64,000 bases of DNA from Dictyostelium discoideum (Eukaryota): positions 3,744,001-3,808,000 of the forward strand of contig CM000151.3 of the NCBI GenBank assembly GCA_000004695.1, written 5' to 3'. Both the position numbers and the translations under genes were made by a program. Positions within the stretch are counted from its first letter, which is position 1. Each line of letters opens with the position of its first letter. The notes below the pieces were generated by a model that saw only the letters and a program-made list of their open reading frames with translations, ran no database searches and was not told the origin of the DNA. Of the stretch, positions 12,765-27,700 are shown in pieces.

Positions 12765-13511
12765 GTATGTCAACATACCTCTCAAAAACCCACCAATGGT
12801 GCCAAATAATATAAACCCTACCGAACAGAATAAAAAGTCTTTTCAATCTTTTCTTTTTCGAAAGTAAATGCACCAAGGCGAAAGAGTTTTATGAAGATCT
12901 TCATAAAATTATAACCTACCTTTCATTAACAAATTTTAACCACCAAATAACTCCATTCACAACACCATCATCAGTTGAATATCTTCTATTTAAAATATTA
13001 AAGTAATTCACCATTAATTCGTACCACGTTCAGAAACAGATTTACTATTACACCATTATAATATTTAATTAAACTCAGAAAGTATTCCATTATCACACTC
13101 GGTTCAAACTTTATCAATATTAAATCATTATCAAATCTTTCAGATTCTAACATTTAATGTTGAAGTTGAAAATAAAGAAATATCAAAAGAAATTGGTAAT
13201 ATTCATGCAAATATTGCCTCGCTCATAGTAAATGGAAACAAAGAAGAAATTAATGAAATATTTCAAACATAATAAATTAAAATTATATTAAATTAAATTA
13301 AATTAAATAAATTATAAAGCTATTAATCATATTTAAATAATAATTATTTAATTTACATTTTTTTTATTTTTTTATAAAAATTAAATTATAATATTATAAA
13401 AAATATTTCTTTTTATTTTTTATTTTTTTTATTTAAAATTGTTTTATCTTGAATTTTGCACCCACCATTATGGATACAAATTCTTTTCAATACCACACAG
13501 GGTTTAAAAAA

Positions 13512-13562
<51 letters not shown>

Positions 13563-14068
13563 GTGTGGGTGTGGGTTTTGTAAAAACCAAATGTATATAT
13601 ATTTTTGTTTTTCATCTCTTTGACAATGAAAAGACACAATCATTAAATCTGTTTGGTTGATGTTTTTATGGGTGGTATTTAATAAAAAATTCATTGACAT
13701 AAAAAACATCACATAGTAATTTTTTTTAGCATCCTAATTTAATTCCATAATTTATAATTTTTTCACACATTTCCATTAATCATTAAATTTAATTTTTTTT
13801 TTATTATTTTTTTTTTAATATATATTTTTTTTTTTTTTTTTTTTTGAAAATATAATATTTCCTTTCAGTTAATTTAATACAATAAAAAATGTGGTACCAA
13901 AAATAGGAAATTATTTTATTATATTTTTAATTATATTTTTCTTTTTTTTTTTTTTTTTTTTTTTTTTTTCCAATCAATTATTTTTCACTCTTAACTTTTT
14001 TTTTAAAATATATTAAAACAAATAAAAAAACAAAATATAAATTAATATATAAAAATATAAAAATTAAA

Positions 14069-15460
<1,392 letters not shown>

Positions 15461-15989
15461 ATAAAAAACAAAATTTTTTTTTTTCATTAAATGAATTTTT
15501 TAAAAAAAAAAAGAAAAAAAAAAAAATTAAATATATACTTGGTGATTATTATATTATATTTTATATTTATTTATGGTTTTGTTTGTTGAAAAAAAAAAAA
15601 AAAAAAAAATAAAAAAAAAAAAAAAAAAAAAAGGTGATGGGTGTATCTTGACTTTTTAATAATTTTTTTTTTGTGAAAAAATATTTTGACCAAAAGTTAT
15701 ATTTTGTTTTATTTAAAAAAAAATAGTTATGATTTCAAAAAATATTTTCTTTTTTTTTTTTATAACTTAAAATATATTCATTTATATTTTGGTCAGTTCC
15801 AAAATTAGAAAAAAAAAAAAAAAAAAAAAAATTGGAAAATAAAAAAAAAAAAAATATAAATAAAAAAAAAAATAAAAATAAAAAAAAATAAAAATTTTTA
15901 AATTAAAAAAAAAAAAATTTGTTGTGAAGATCAAAATTTCTTTTTTTTTTTTTATTTTTTTTCTCACCAAATTATAAAATTTTTAAAAA

Positions 15990-17568
15990 ATGAATAGACC
16001 ACCACAAGACGTAGAATTTAAAGCTGGTAAAGCTAAATTAACAGGTACAACAGTAACATCAGATTCAAGAAAGGGTTACTTAAAATTTGGTGTTGTATGT
16101 TTTTTAAAGAGAAAAAAAAAAAAAAAAAAAAAAGCAACACAATATAATACAATAAAATAAAATAAAATAAAATAAATAAAATATAATATAACATAACATA
16201 TAATAATATAATAAAATAAAATGCATATTTATTAACATTTTTTAATTATTTATTTAAATAATAATTTATATATAGACACCAGAAGGATTAACATGTGTTC
16301 AATGGAGACCAAGAGATTCATCAGCATATGAAGATGAATTTTATTTTGCACCAGGTGAATCAAAATTTATCAAAGTACCTGCATGTAAAACTGGTAGAAT
16401 GTATTACTTAAACTTTTCAGGTTCAGATCAAAAGGAATTCTATTGGTTACAAGAAGCAAATGTAGAAGGTGATGCTAAAATTGAAAAAGCACTTAAAGTT
16501 ATTGAATCATATATTCCAGGTAATTTTTTTTTTAAATTAATTAATTTATTTATTGGTGTTTTATTTTTATATACATTTTTTTTTTTTTGTTTTTTTTGTT
16601 TATTATTTTTTGTTTCTATGAAGGTGTGAATATACATAAACGATAATAATAGCACTCAAATACTTACAACACTTATAAATATATTCTTTTAATAGACTTG
16701 TAAATAATATAAAATAAAATGAAATATGTGAAAAATTAAATAAAATAAAATAAAATAAAAATAATAATAATAATAATAATAAAAATAAAACAAAATTTAT
16801 AAATAGTAATAATAAAGATGAAAACAAATGGAACAACAGTGACAATAATGGAAAAAAAAATAAAAAATCATATAACTAAATAATGTTAATAGACCCACCT
16901 TTTATTATTTTTATATAAAAAATCAAGAACTTTTAATTTGTTTTATACTCTTATTATTGAAAGTACTAATGAATCTTTTTTTTTTGGTTTTATTTTATTC
17001 TTTTTTTTTTTTTTAATGCACTTTTCTTTTTCTTTTTCTTTTCCTTTTTTTAGATGATGATGATGATGAAGAAATGGTAGTTGATACACCACCACCAACA
17101 ACAACAATAAAACAAGAACCACCTAAAAACCCAACAATAAATGAAGTTTCACTAAGTCAACCAAAACCAACTACAACTCCACCACCATCAGCAACCAATT
17201 TAGATTTTATTAAAGATCTTTTTTCAAATTTACCAACACAACCAAAACAACCACAAATTACATTGGGTAAAATATTGACAGCAGAGAATTTAATACCATT
17301 CTTAAGAGAGAATCCAGAGATTAAAAAAGATTTAATTCAATATTTACCAGAGGAATATCAAAAGGATGAGAATATGATTAATGAAGTTTTACATTCTGCT
17401 CAATTTTTACAATCAATTGAAACCTTAGATTATGCAATTCATGAAGGTCATGGTCCTGAAATTGTCTCTCTTTTAGGTTATGAACCATCAATTGCTTCTC
17501 AAAGAGGTGTTGAGGGTTTCTTAACAAATATTCAAGAAGGTACAAATAAAAAGAAAAATAATAAATAA
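15990..17568 (+). CDS. adrm1: proteasomal ubiquitin receptor Rpn13/ADRM1, 3 exons
   Basis: Exons 15990..16094 (donor GTATGT), 16276..16519 (donor GTAATT, phase 1) and 17054..17568. N-terminal Pru domain: [35 protein letters not shown]|[15 protein letters not shown]...[25 protein letters not shown], which aligns with human ADRM1 ([44 protein letters not shown]). The C-terminal DEUBAD-like region reads [22 protein letters not shown]...[17 protein letters not shown]. Confidence 0.85.
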
Positions 17569-17740
17569 TTAATTAAAATTGTATTATCAAAAATAAAAAA
17601 AAAAAAAAAAGAATAATAAATTCTAATTTATTTGGGTTTTATATTAAAACTCTTTTTTTTTTTTCTATTTGTTTACTATAATATATTTACACAAAGGAAG
17701 GTGGTTGTTGATGTTACATATTTTTTTTTTTTTAGTATTC

Positions 17741-19698
<1,958 letters not shown>

Positions 19699-20399
19699 CC
19701 TCTTTTATTTTTTTTTTCTTTTTTTTTTATTTATACTGGAAAAATTATATTACTTTTTATTTAATAAAGTGTGTGAGTGTGTGTATATGTGTGTATATAT
19801 ATTTTGTATCTATGATATTATTATTTATATTGTGTGATGGTAGATTAAAAAAACAAAAATGTTACACACTAAAATTTAATTATTTAAAAAAAAAAAAAAT
19901 AAAAAAAAAATAAAAAATAAAAAAATAAAAAAAGTTATAAGGAGTTGGTGTGAATGAAAACAAAAAAAAAAAAAAAAAAAAATTTAGGTAAAAATTGTGG
20001 TGTTATTAAAACAAAATTATTAAAAAAAAAAATAAATAAATAAAATTATTAAGAATTTAATAACCAAAAAAAGTGTAAATTACAAATTATAGTTTTATTT
20101 TCCAAAAACACACAAGATTGATATGTTGAAAACCACTAACAACTATAACTCCTTTTAATGTTTGGAAAAAAAAAAAAAAACAAAACAAATTATAGTAATA
20201 AAAAAATCACAAAAAAAGATATATTGCGTGTGTATTTATTTATTTATTTTAAATTTGAATAAGAATAGCAAATAGTTTTTTTTTTTTTTAAAAATTTTTC
20301 TAATTTCTTTTTTTCTAATTTCTTTTTTTATTTTTTTTTTATTTTTTTTTATTTAAATTAATTTAATTTTAAAAATTTTTTTTTTTCTTGAACGATTTC

Positions 20400-20431
<32 letters not shown>

Positions 20432-21351
20432 ATTTTTTTTTTTTTATTTTTATTTTTGTTTGTTTTTTATATTTGGTTTGGATAAAAATAATTTTTTTTT
20501 TGAAAATGATTTATTGGTGGGTGAAAAAATTGTATTGTTATAATAATCAATTTGATGATCAACTATTAATTATGCAACCAATTTTTTTTTTTTTTTTTTC
20601 TGTGAACCCACTCTTTGTAAATGTGACCCACCAAAACGCACCAATGATATAAAACTAAAATTACATTATTGTTGATTTATTTTTAAAATTTTATAAATAA
20701 TAAAAAAAAAAAAAAAAATCAGCATTTTGTGCTCTCTGTTATCGAATTCGCACCATCACAATTTTTTTTTTTTTTTTCATTTTCCAAAAAATAAAGATTT
20801 ATTATTATTATTATTATTATTATTAATAATTAATTATCAATCTCCTCCCTCAGGCAAATGAATTTTTTTTATTTTTATTTTTAATTTTTTATTTTTAATT
20901 TTTTATTTTTAAATATTTGAATTTTAGTTTAAAAGATAGAATATAAATAATTTTGTTAATGCACCAACGATTGAACAAAAAATATTTTAATAAATTCACC
21001 ATTAGTGAGAACAGCACTGACTTACCTCCACTATCACATACCATTGATTCTTTTTATATTATTTTATTTTATTTTATTTTTATTTTATTTTAATTTTATT
21101 TTTATTTTTTTTTTTTATTTTTATTTTATACTATTTTTATTTTATTTTATTTTATTTTTATTTATTACATTTTTATTTTATTTTAAAGATAATTATTTGA
21201 ATTTTAGAAAAAAAAAATTTAGATAAGATTACTCTTTTTTTATTTCATTTACAAATTGTAAAATTGGGATTTATTTTTGGTTGGTTTAATATTTAAATTA
21301 TAATTTAATTTTTGTAATTTTAATTACAACCACAATTGTTTGAACCTCCAG

Positions 21352-21667
21352 TTAAAATGGAACCCCCTCCAAGCTTCCATAAGTTTCAACAAGAATACCA
21401 CCAGGGTTACGACCAATTCCACCGAGAAATCCTGGATTGCTAATGCTAATGCCGCCACGGCGTTCAATTGAATTCATTGATTGTAAAGAAGATAATGAAT
21501 TTGATAATGATGATAAATTATTTGATTTCGAAATTGATTTAACATTACTAATTGATGAAATTAAACCTATATAAAATTATTATTAAATTTTTAAAAAACA
21601 AATAATTTAAATATTTTTTTTTTTTTTTTTTTTTTTACAAAAAATAAAGCATACCTAAGATTGTCAT
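21352..21667 (-). pseudogene. hssA/2C/7E-family small glycine-rich protein gene, copy 1; C-terminal frame diverged
   Basis: Mini-exon 21655..21667 (ATGACAATCTTAG; donor GTATGC) plus exon 21352..21566 gives [75 protein letters not shown]. The conserved family tail [14 protein letters not shown] is still present at nucleotide level but lies one frame out, and the QCGGC cysteines are replaced, so this copy looks frameshifted or degenerate. Confidence 0.45.
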
Positions 21668-21773
21668 TTTTTGATATTATTTAATAGTATTATTTGTTTG
21701 TTCGTTTTGGAATATTAATAAAAAAATAAATAAATAAAAAAGTATTTATCACTACGTTATCAAACAGGGTCTG

Positions 21774-21805
<32 letters not shown>

Positions 21806-22024
21806 ACAGCTGTGTTATTTTTATTTGTGTGCAAATATAAAATTTAATATAAATTTTTGTTTTTGTTTTTTGGACCCCCTTTTTAAAAAGGGGTTAATAT
21901 ATTTTATTGATGTAGTTAATTTATTATCTTTTGAAAACAATAATTTGATATATTAATCGAGAGTGATGGAAGATTATAATCATATCGAGGACAGCCAAAC
22001 GGAGATTTCTATTCAAAAGCATAA

Positions 22025-22083
<59 letters not shown>

Positions 22084-22469
22084 ATTTTGAGTAATTAATG
22101 AGGTTTTTGATAAAAATTCATTTTCTTTATGATTAATCTTTTTGATTGAATGATTTTTTTTATTTTTTTATTTTTTTTTAAATTTATTATTATTTAAATT
22201 TTCTTATCCAGGGATAATTTAATTTGGAATTTTTTTTTTTTGTGATTTTTTTTTTTTATATTTAAAAGACAAACTTGTAATTTAAAGTTACAACTCTTAT
22301 TAATTTTTTAAATAAAGAACAACTTTGAAAAATAATAAATTTAAAAAATAATTTTAAAAAAAGTATAATTAAATAATTCTATTTTTTTTTTTTTTTATTT
22401 TACAAATTAAAAAATTGGGTTTTATTTTTGGTTGGTTTAATATTTTAATTATAATTTAAGTTTGTAATT

Positions 22470-22637
22470 TTAATTACAACCACAATTGTTTGAACCTCCA
22501 GTTAAAATGGAACCGACTCCGTGTAAAACAGAACCAATGATTACACCAGTACCAACAAGAACACCACCAACAAGACCACCAACTCCACCGAGTAATCCTC
22601 CATTTCCACAACCACCACCACATTGAATTGAATTCAT
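22470..22637 (-). CDS. hssA/2C/7E-family small glycine-rich protein, copy 2 (55 aa; lacks the MTIL mini-exon)
   Basis: [58 protein letters not shown] matches the typical C-terminal two-thirds of Dictyostelium HssA-like proteins. Sequence 5' of the ATG differs from copy 1 and has an in-frame stop, so no MTIL exon was found. Confidence 0.5.
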   Translation of the reverse strand: MNSIQCGGGCGNGGLLGGVGGLVGGVLVGTGVIIGSVLHGVGSILTGGSNNCGCN

Positions 22638-22699
22638 TGATTGTAAAGAAGCATCCTCACCCTTTTATGATGTTTTTGTATGATTGGATTTTTAAATTT

Positions 22700-24654
22700 T
22701 AAAGTGAGAAAAAAATTTAGGAACTTCGGACGAAAGTTGAAAATTTTTTTTTTTTTTTTTTTTCCGGCAAAAATGAAAAATATTTAATAAAAAAAAATTG
22801 AGCGAATATAGCCACTTCCACAATATACATATAAAAGAGCTTTATTTTTTGTATTTGTTAATTTTAATTAATATTGAGATATAGTAAATTTTGAGGCTTG
22901 TCAACAACGAGAATCGATGCCTGAATCTGAGGAAAAATAAAAATCTATGGTTTACCGGTGACTCGACCAATGAGTAATGGTAGACGTAGAATTAAATTCT
23001 AAGTTGAAATCACTTGATCCGGTTTATCTACGGGGTCATTAAGGTACCAAAAATTAAAATTACTGAAAAAAAAATTTTAAAAAATTTTCAAAAATTTTTT
23101 TATATGGAGAAATTTTTTTTCGGAAAATCGAAAAAAATTCTGCGCGTAAATCGTCTCGTTAAAATTTAATTCTTTTTGAGTATGTTAATGATCTATCGTG
23201 TATCTAACTTCTGTATTTCGCTTTTTGCACTCAATTTTTTTTTATTAAATATTCAATCGAATCTTTGGCGGGTGGTAAGTGAAAAATCACCATTTTTCCC
23301 AAGTTTTTTTTGGTGTAAGGAGGCTAAGTAAAAAGTCCCTCGTGTTCACTCGACCGACGGTTCCTAGTAAGCTTTCCAGAGCATTTGGGATAATCTGACA
23401 CAAGATCGTATTTTAAAGGGGGGTACTGGACCCCCTAAAAAATTCGCCAAGTTGACACACCAAAAACAGTGTTTTTTCGTGGATTTTTCAAGGAACTTTA
23501 TAGATATTTTAATTAACGAAATTGAGTGAATGTAGACCCATAAAAGTAGCAACTAGACTCAATGAGAGATATTCTGACACATTTTACCAAATAGCTTATG
23601 TGCATATAGTGAATATAAAGACTGGGGACGAAAAGTGAAAATTTTCCAATAAATTCAAAAATTGGTGTATTTTAGCGAAAAATTTAAATGGTGTCGTTCC
23701 TTATCAATCAAAGTTTTTTTAAAAGATAGATATTTTAATTTTACACTTACTGTTACCTCACGGCAGAGTCAACCAAGTAACACAATTTTTTATTTAACTC
23801 GGAAGTTCGTAAAAATATGACATTGGATCCTCATTTACAGATTACAGTGGTTTTATGGTGAGTCGACCGTGAGGTAACTGTAATTAGTTATATTCTTGGC
23901 GATGTTAATGTATTTTTCCGTTTTTGCCTAGGGGGTCACGATCAAAACTTATTAAAATTTTGGCGCCAAAAAATTTTTCATATAAAAAAAAAAAAAATTA
24001 ATGTGAGAAATTTCAATTTGGAGGTTCGAAAAAAATTCGAAAAAAATATGTACTATTTTTTTATTCCAATGATTTTTAGATATAATATAGCTGAAAATGA
24101 GGGCTATCTTTTGTATGTCTTACTTTTTAAATGGCAAGTTAAAAAAAAAATTGGTTTACAAAAAACTTTCTCAAGTACCCCCTATTTTTGGGGGTAAAAA
24201 AGTGCAAAATTTCACTGTAACTTTCATAAATATTACTCCTATTTAGTTCACTCGACCGACGGTTCCTAGTAAGCTTTCCAGATGTACTGACACAGCCTCG
24301 AAACAACGCGCGTAGTCTGGCGGGTCAAATAGACCCCTAAAAAAATTCTGAAAAAATCGCTGTTTTTTGGTGTTTTTTCGTAGGTGATAACTTTTCATTA
24401 AAATAAAAGGAATATTACTCGTAGGATTTAAAAACGTATATGTTTTTAAACATTCTCAAATTTATAGAAAATTTATAGGAAATAGGAACAATTTACTTAT
24501 GAATGATTTTTAAATATAAAAACCCCGATCCATTTTTGAAAAATCGATTTTTTTTAAATTTTTAGCGAAAAATATTTAAATTTTTAAAATGACTTTAAAT
24601 TTGAACCGGACTTTGATTTTTATAGATTACTAGTCATTTGACATCAACACATCA
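22700..24654. repeat. unclassified non-coding complex repeat with about 0.9-kb internal periodicity, truncated by the assembly gap
   Basis: Moderately GC-rich non-coding sequence with internal direct repeats. cactcgaccgacggttcctagtaagctttccaga occurs at 23346 and 24249; ggtgactcgaccaatgagtaatggtagacg (22958) pairs with ggtgagtcgaccgtgaggtaactgtaat (23868); ggggtactggaccccctaaaaaattc (23431) pairs with ggcgggtcaaatagacccctaaaaaaattc (24320). No ORFs. Confidence 0.6.
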
Positions 24655-24754
24655 NNNNNNNNNNNNNNNNNNNNNNNNNNNNNNNNNNNNNNNNNNNNNN
24701 NNNNNNNNNNNNNNNNNNNNNNNNNNNNNNNNNNNNNNNNNNNNNNNNNNNNNN
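24655..24754. other. assembly gap (100 N)
   Basis: Run of exactly 100 n characters. Confidence 1.
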
Positions 24755-25287
24755 AAAATTGGGGTGCACCAAAATTTACATCAGCAGAGAGATTTGAAGC
24801 ACAATTTAGTAAAATTAAAGACCTTTTGACAAACAATACAAACAACCAAGATCAACATAAATTTGAAAGAGTAAAAAAAATATTAATGGCAACATTTTTA
24901 GATAATTTTAACAATCTAAAAGAAAAAGATGATGACAATAATGATTTAATTTTAGGGCAAATAATTAAAAAAAATGAAAATATTTATTTAAAAAATAATA
25001 TTTTATCAGACATTAACTTGCATTACAAAAACATTGAAAATATTCAATTTCATAAATCAATTAAAAATTTAAAAGAAATATATAATGTTGGTGATGGAAT
25101 TGAAGTTGCCTCAGAAAATTCATTAACTGGACGATGGAGTGCAATAATTATTGCTATTTGTTTAATAGAATTAAAAAATAAAAAAAGTGCACATTCTATT
25201 TATATACAATACTTTGATAAAGATACAGGTGATCAAAATAATAAGTACCACTTTTTAAGAAAAAGCTTTTCAAGTATAACATATTAA
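24755..25287 (+). CDS. 3' fragment of an unknown ORF, truncated on its 5' side by the gap
   Basis: Reading frame is open from the first base after the N-run to the stop at 25285..25287 (..NWGAPKFTSAERFEAQFSKIKDLLTNNTNNQDQHKF...SITY*). There is no ATG at its start; track ORF 24826 begins at a TTG. It could be host-gene or repeat-element coding sequence. Confidence 0.3.
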
Positions 25288-25396
25288 ACACATTAATACC
25301 AATACAAATCGATTCGTCTAACTATCTTATAATTTATAAGTGCCATGACCAATTTTCAATAAGTAAAAAAAAAAAATGAAAAAAATTCGTTGAACT

Positions 25397-25600
25397 CACA
25401 GCGAAGAAAAAACCACCTTTAAATTCGCTTTAAATTAAATTTAAATTTGCTTTAAAGTCCTGAATTAAAGCAATTTTAAAGGTAATTTTAAAGGTAATTT
25501 TTAAGGTTACTTTAAAATTACCTTTAAAATTACCTTTAAAATTACCTTTTTAATCGCTTTAAAAGCGAGGTCCTGAGTTCGAAGCCGTTATTTAACGGAT
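25397..25600 (+). repeat. terminal-type repeat copy A
   Basis: See the composite element; starts at cacagcgaagaaaaaacc and contains (ttaaaggtaatt)n-like sub-repeats. Confidence 0.7.
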
Positions 25601-25640
25601 AAATTTTTTAAATTTTTTTTTTTAATTTTTCAAAAATTAC

Positions 25641-25713
25641 CAAAAGGGATTCGATCCCCCGACCCTCTATTAAAGGGTAGTCTCATCAACCATTACACCA
25701 TTTGATTGCTTTG
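25641..25713 (-). tRNA. tRNA-like degenerate sequence (possible tRNA pseudogene or element-associated tRNA remnant)
   Basis: Minus-strand sequence ..TGGTGTAATGGTTGATGAGACTACCCTTTAATAGAGGGTCGGGGGATCGAATCCCTTTTGG.. has a D-arm like tRNA-Gln/Glu genes (TGGTGTAATGGT), an anticodon-type hairpin (ACCCT-TTAATAG-AGGGT) and a T-arm-like GGGGGATCGAATCCC. The acceptor stem does not pair, so this is not a functional-looking tRNA. Confidence 0.25.
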
Positions 25714-25789
25714 ATGAAAAATTTAAAAATGATAGAATATTTTATCCCCATTTTTTTGTTCTAAAATTAGATCTTTTTTATTAAAAACC

Positions 25790-26131
25790 TTTAATTTATG
25801 TTTAAAGGAAATTTAAATTCACTTTAAATCTACTTTAAATCCTATTTAAAATTAATTTAAAATAAATTTTAAAGGTATTTTTAAATGTCTTAAAAATTAT
25901 CTTAAATTTACCTTAAAAATCACCTTTAAAATCACCTTTAAAATCACCTTTAAAATTGCTTAAAAATTTATTTTAAAGCAAATTTTAAAGGCATTTTTAA
26001 ATATCTTAAAAATTACCTTAAAAATTACCTTAAAAATGAATTTTTTAAACGCGGCTTTAAATTCAATTTAAATCCAATTTAAATCAACTTTTCTTTAAAT
26101 TTGCTTTAAAGGTGCATTTTTCTTTGCTGTG
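25790..26131 (-). repeat. terminal-type repeat copy B (inverted relative to A)
   Basis: 25790..25995 is the reverse complement of 27700..27920. 25995..26131 resembles the reverse complement of the start of A, ending ..tttgctttaaaggtgcatttttctttgctgtgc. Confidence 0.7.
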
Positions 26132-26259
26132 CTTATTTACATAACTTTTACATTTTTACGTAACTTTTTCTTTTTTTTTTTTCTTTTTTCCAATTTTCTT
26201 TTTTTTCGGTTGGAAATTATAGGATTTTAAAAAAAAATTAAAAAAATATTATAAAAAAA

Positions 26260-26549
26260 ATGACTCACAATAATTCTGCATCATTTGAAACACCAAATAG
26301 AAGTGGTAATTATGTAAATAGATCATCTTTAACTTCACCAACATCACCAATAACACCAATCACATCTCTTATTTTAAATCAAACTGATACCTCCATAGGT
26401 CCACAACGTACTGTTAGAAGACAACAAAGACCTCAAAGACCAAATGCAAGTCATCCACCAACAACAAATATTGTAGAAAAAATATTGGTGTATGAAACAT
26501 TGCACAGAAATTGTGTTTCTCAATACTATGCAACTGGTAAGGTAAGATA

Positions 26550-26594
<45 letters not shown>

Positions 26595-27233
26595 AAGAGA
26601 CTAATTAAATTAAATAAACAAAAATAATACATAAGATTTCCTCTCGTTTTATTAGGACCTGTATATTAAATGCTGGCGGTACAAATTCAAATGAAAATAA
26701 AGTTGTTCTATCCAAATTGGTTAAATGGGTCAACAATAAACGTGGTAACACACGTATTAAAGCCCTAAATACCCTTAGACTTTTAGTTAGAAATAAAGTA
26801 GAACAGTTCAGCGAGTTGCTCTCTCAGGTTCCACCATTAATGGAGTATGAATCGGTATGTAAAAAAAAAAAAAAAATAAAAAATAAAAAAAAAATAAAAA
26901 AAAAAAAAAAAAAAAAATAAATTATTAATAATTTGTTTTTTTAATTTTTTAATTATTATTTAGATAACTCCTTTTGATTTGGCCACTCTTATTATCGATA
27001 CAGTTACCTTAGAAGCTTTTGACTCCGATCCTTTTGTAAAGTTCTTAGTGTCTCAATGCTTTACAATTGAAGAAAAAGAATGGTACAGCGGTTCCAAACC
27101 TCTTATTTCTTTAATAGTTAAAGCATTGCGTGGTGTTTCTCAAAAGTTCATTGACTCTCCTGATGAACTTACTTACACTGAAAAGGTTGCTTTTGAATTC
27201 ACTTCAATACCTCTTTATGCTCCACTAAATTAA
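26260..27233 (+). pseudogene. host-like spliced ORF set inside the repeat island (3 exon-like segments; exon 1/2 phase mismatch)
   Basis: Segments 26260..26541 (MTHNNSASFETPNRSG...QYYATGK), 26656..26854 (..ILNAGGTNSNENKVVLSKLVKWVNNKRGNTRIKALNTLRLLVRNKVEQFSELLSQVPPLMEYES; donor GTATGT) and 26964..27233 (ITPFDLATLIIDTVTLEAFDSDPFVKFLVSQCF...LYAPLN*). Exons 2 and 3 join in phase. No donor at 26536/26541 gives the phase that exon 2 needs, so either exon 1 belongs elsewhere or the gene is disrupted. Confidence 0.3.
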
Positions 27234-27419
27234 ATCGTTTAAATAAAAAAAATTAATATGATTTCACATACTCAACTTTAATTTTTTCTTTTTTTTTTAA
27301 ATCTTTTTTTAATTTTTATTTTAAATTATTTTTTTTAATTTTTATTTTTAAAGTGATATTATTAATATATCTTATCAAGTTAACTTTATAATATAAATTT
27401 ATAAATGCACTTTTAAATT

Positions 27420-27700
27420 GAATTTTATAAATATAATTAATAAGAATACTTAATAAGTGTACTTACAAAGAGTACATTATAATTATAATTAGTAATTACG
27501 CTTAATAATTATACTTAATAAGTATATTTAATAAGTATACTTAATAAGTATACTTAATAAGTATATTTAATAAGTATACTTAATAAGTATACTTAATAAG
27601 TATATTTAATAAGTATACTTAATAAGTATACTTAATAAGTATATTTAATAAGTATACTTAATAAGTATACTTAATAAGTATATTTAATAAGTATACTTAA
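27420..27700. repeat. 13-bp satellite (taataagtatact / taataagtatatt), about 20 units with a 39-bp higher-order period
   Basis: Direct reading. Related palindromic variants tacttaataagtattacttattaagtatacttattaa occur at 28040..28082. Confidence 0.9.

Larger units (their letters stand above)
21241..22640. repeat. tandem segmental duplication of the hssA-like gene unit (copies about 1.15 kb apart)
   Basis: 21241..21480 and 22393..22640 share near-identical stretches: the 3' flank tttacaaattg...taattacaaccacaattgtttgaacctccagttaaaatggaacc and the coding start atgaattcaatt. Confidence 0.8.

Noticed and set aside
12770-13140. Considered a tRNA or other small RNA gene in the relatively GC-normal block
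   Set aside because: No cloverleaf-compatible segments, no A/B boxes, and no ORF; retained only as an unexplained complex-sequence finding.
16440-16845. Minus-strand ORFs 16440..16655 and 16603..16845
   Set aside because: They overlap the second exon/intron of the Rpn13 gene in antisense and are AT-rich low-complexity readings.
27420-27700. Considered whether the 13-bp array or the (aaattcaaaaaaaa)5 array at 30596 could be a CRISPR array
   Set aside because: This is a eukaryotic nuclear context; the units are adjacent with no unique spacers and there are no cas genes. They are satellite or simple tandem repeats.
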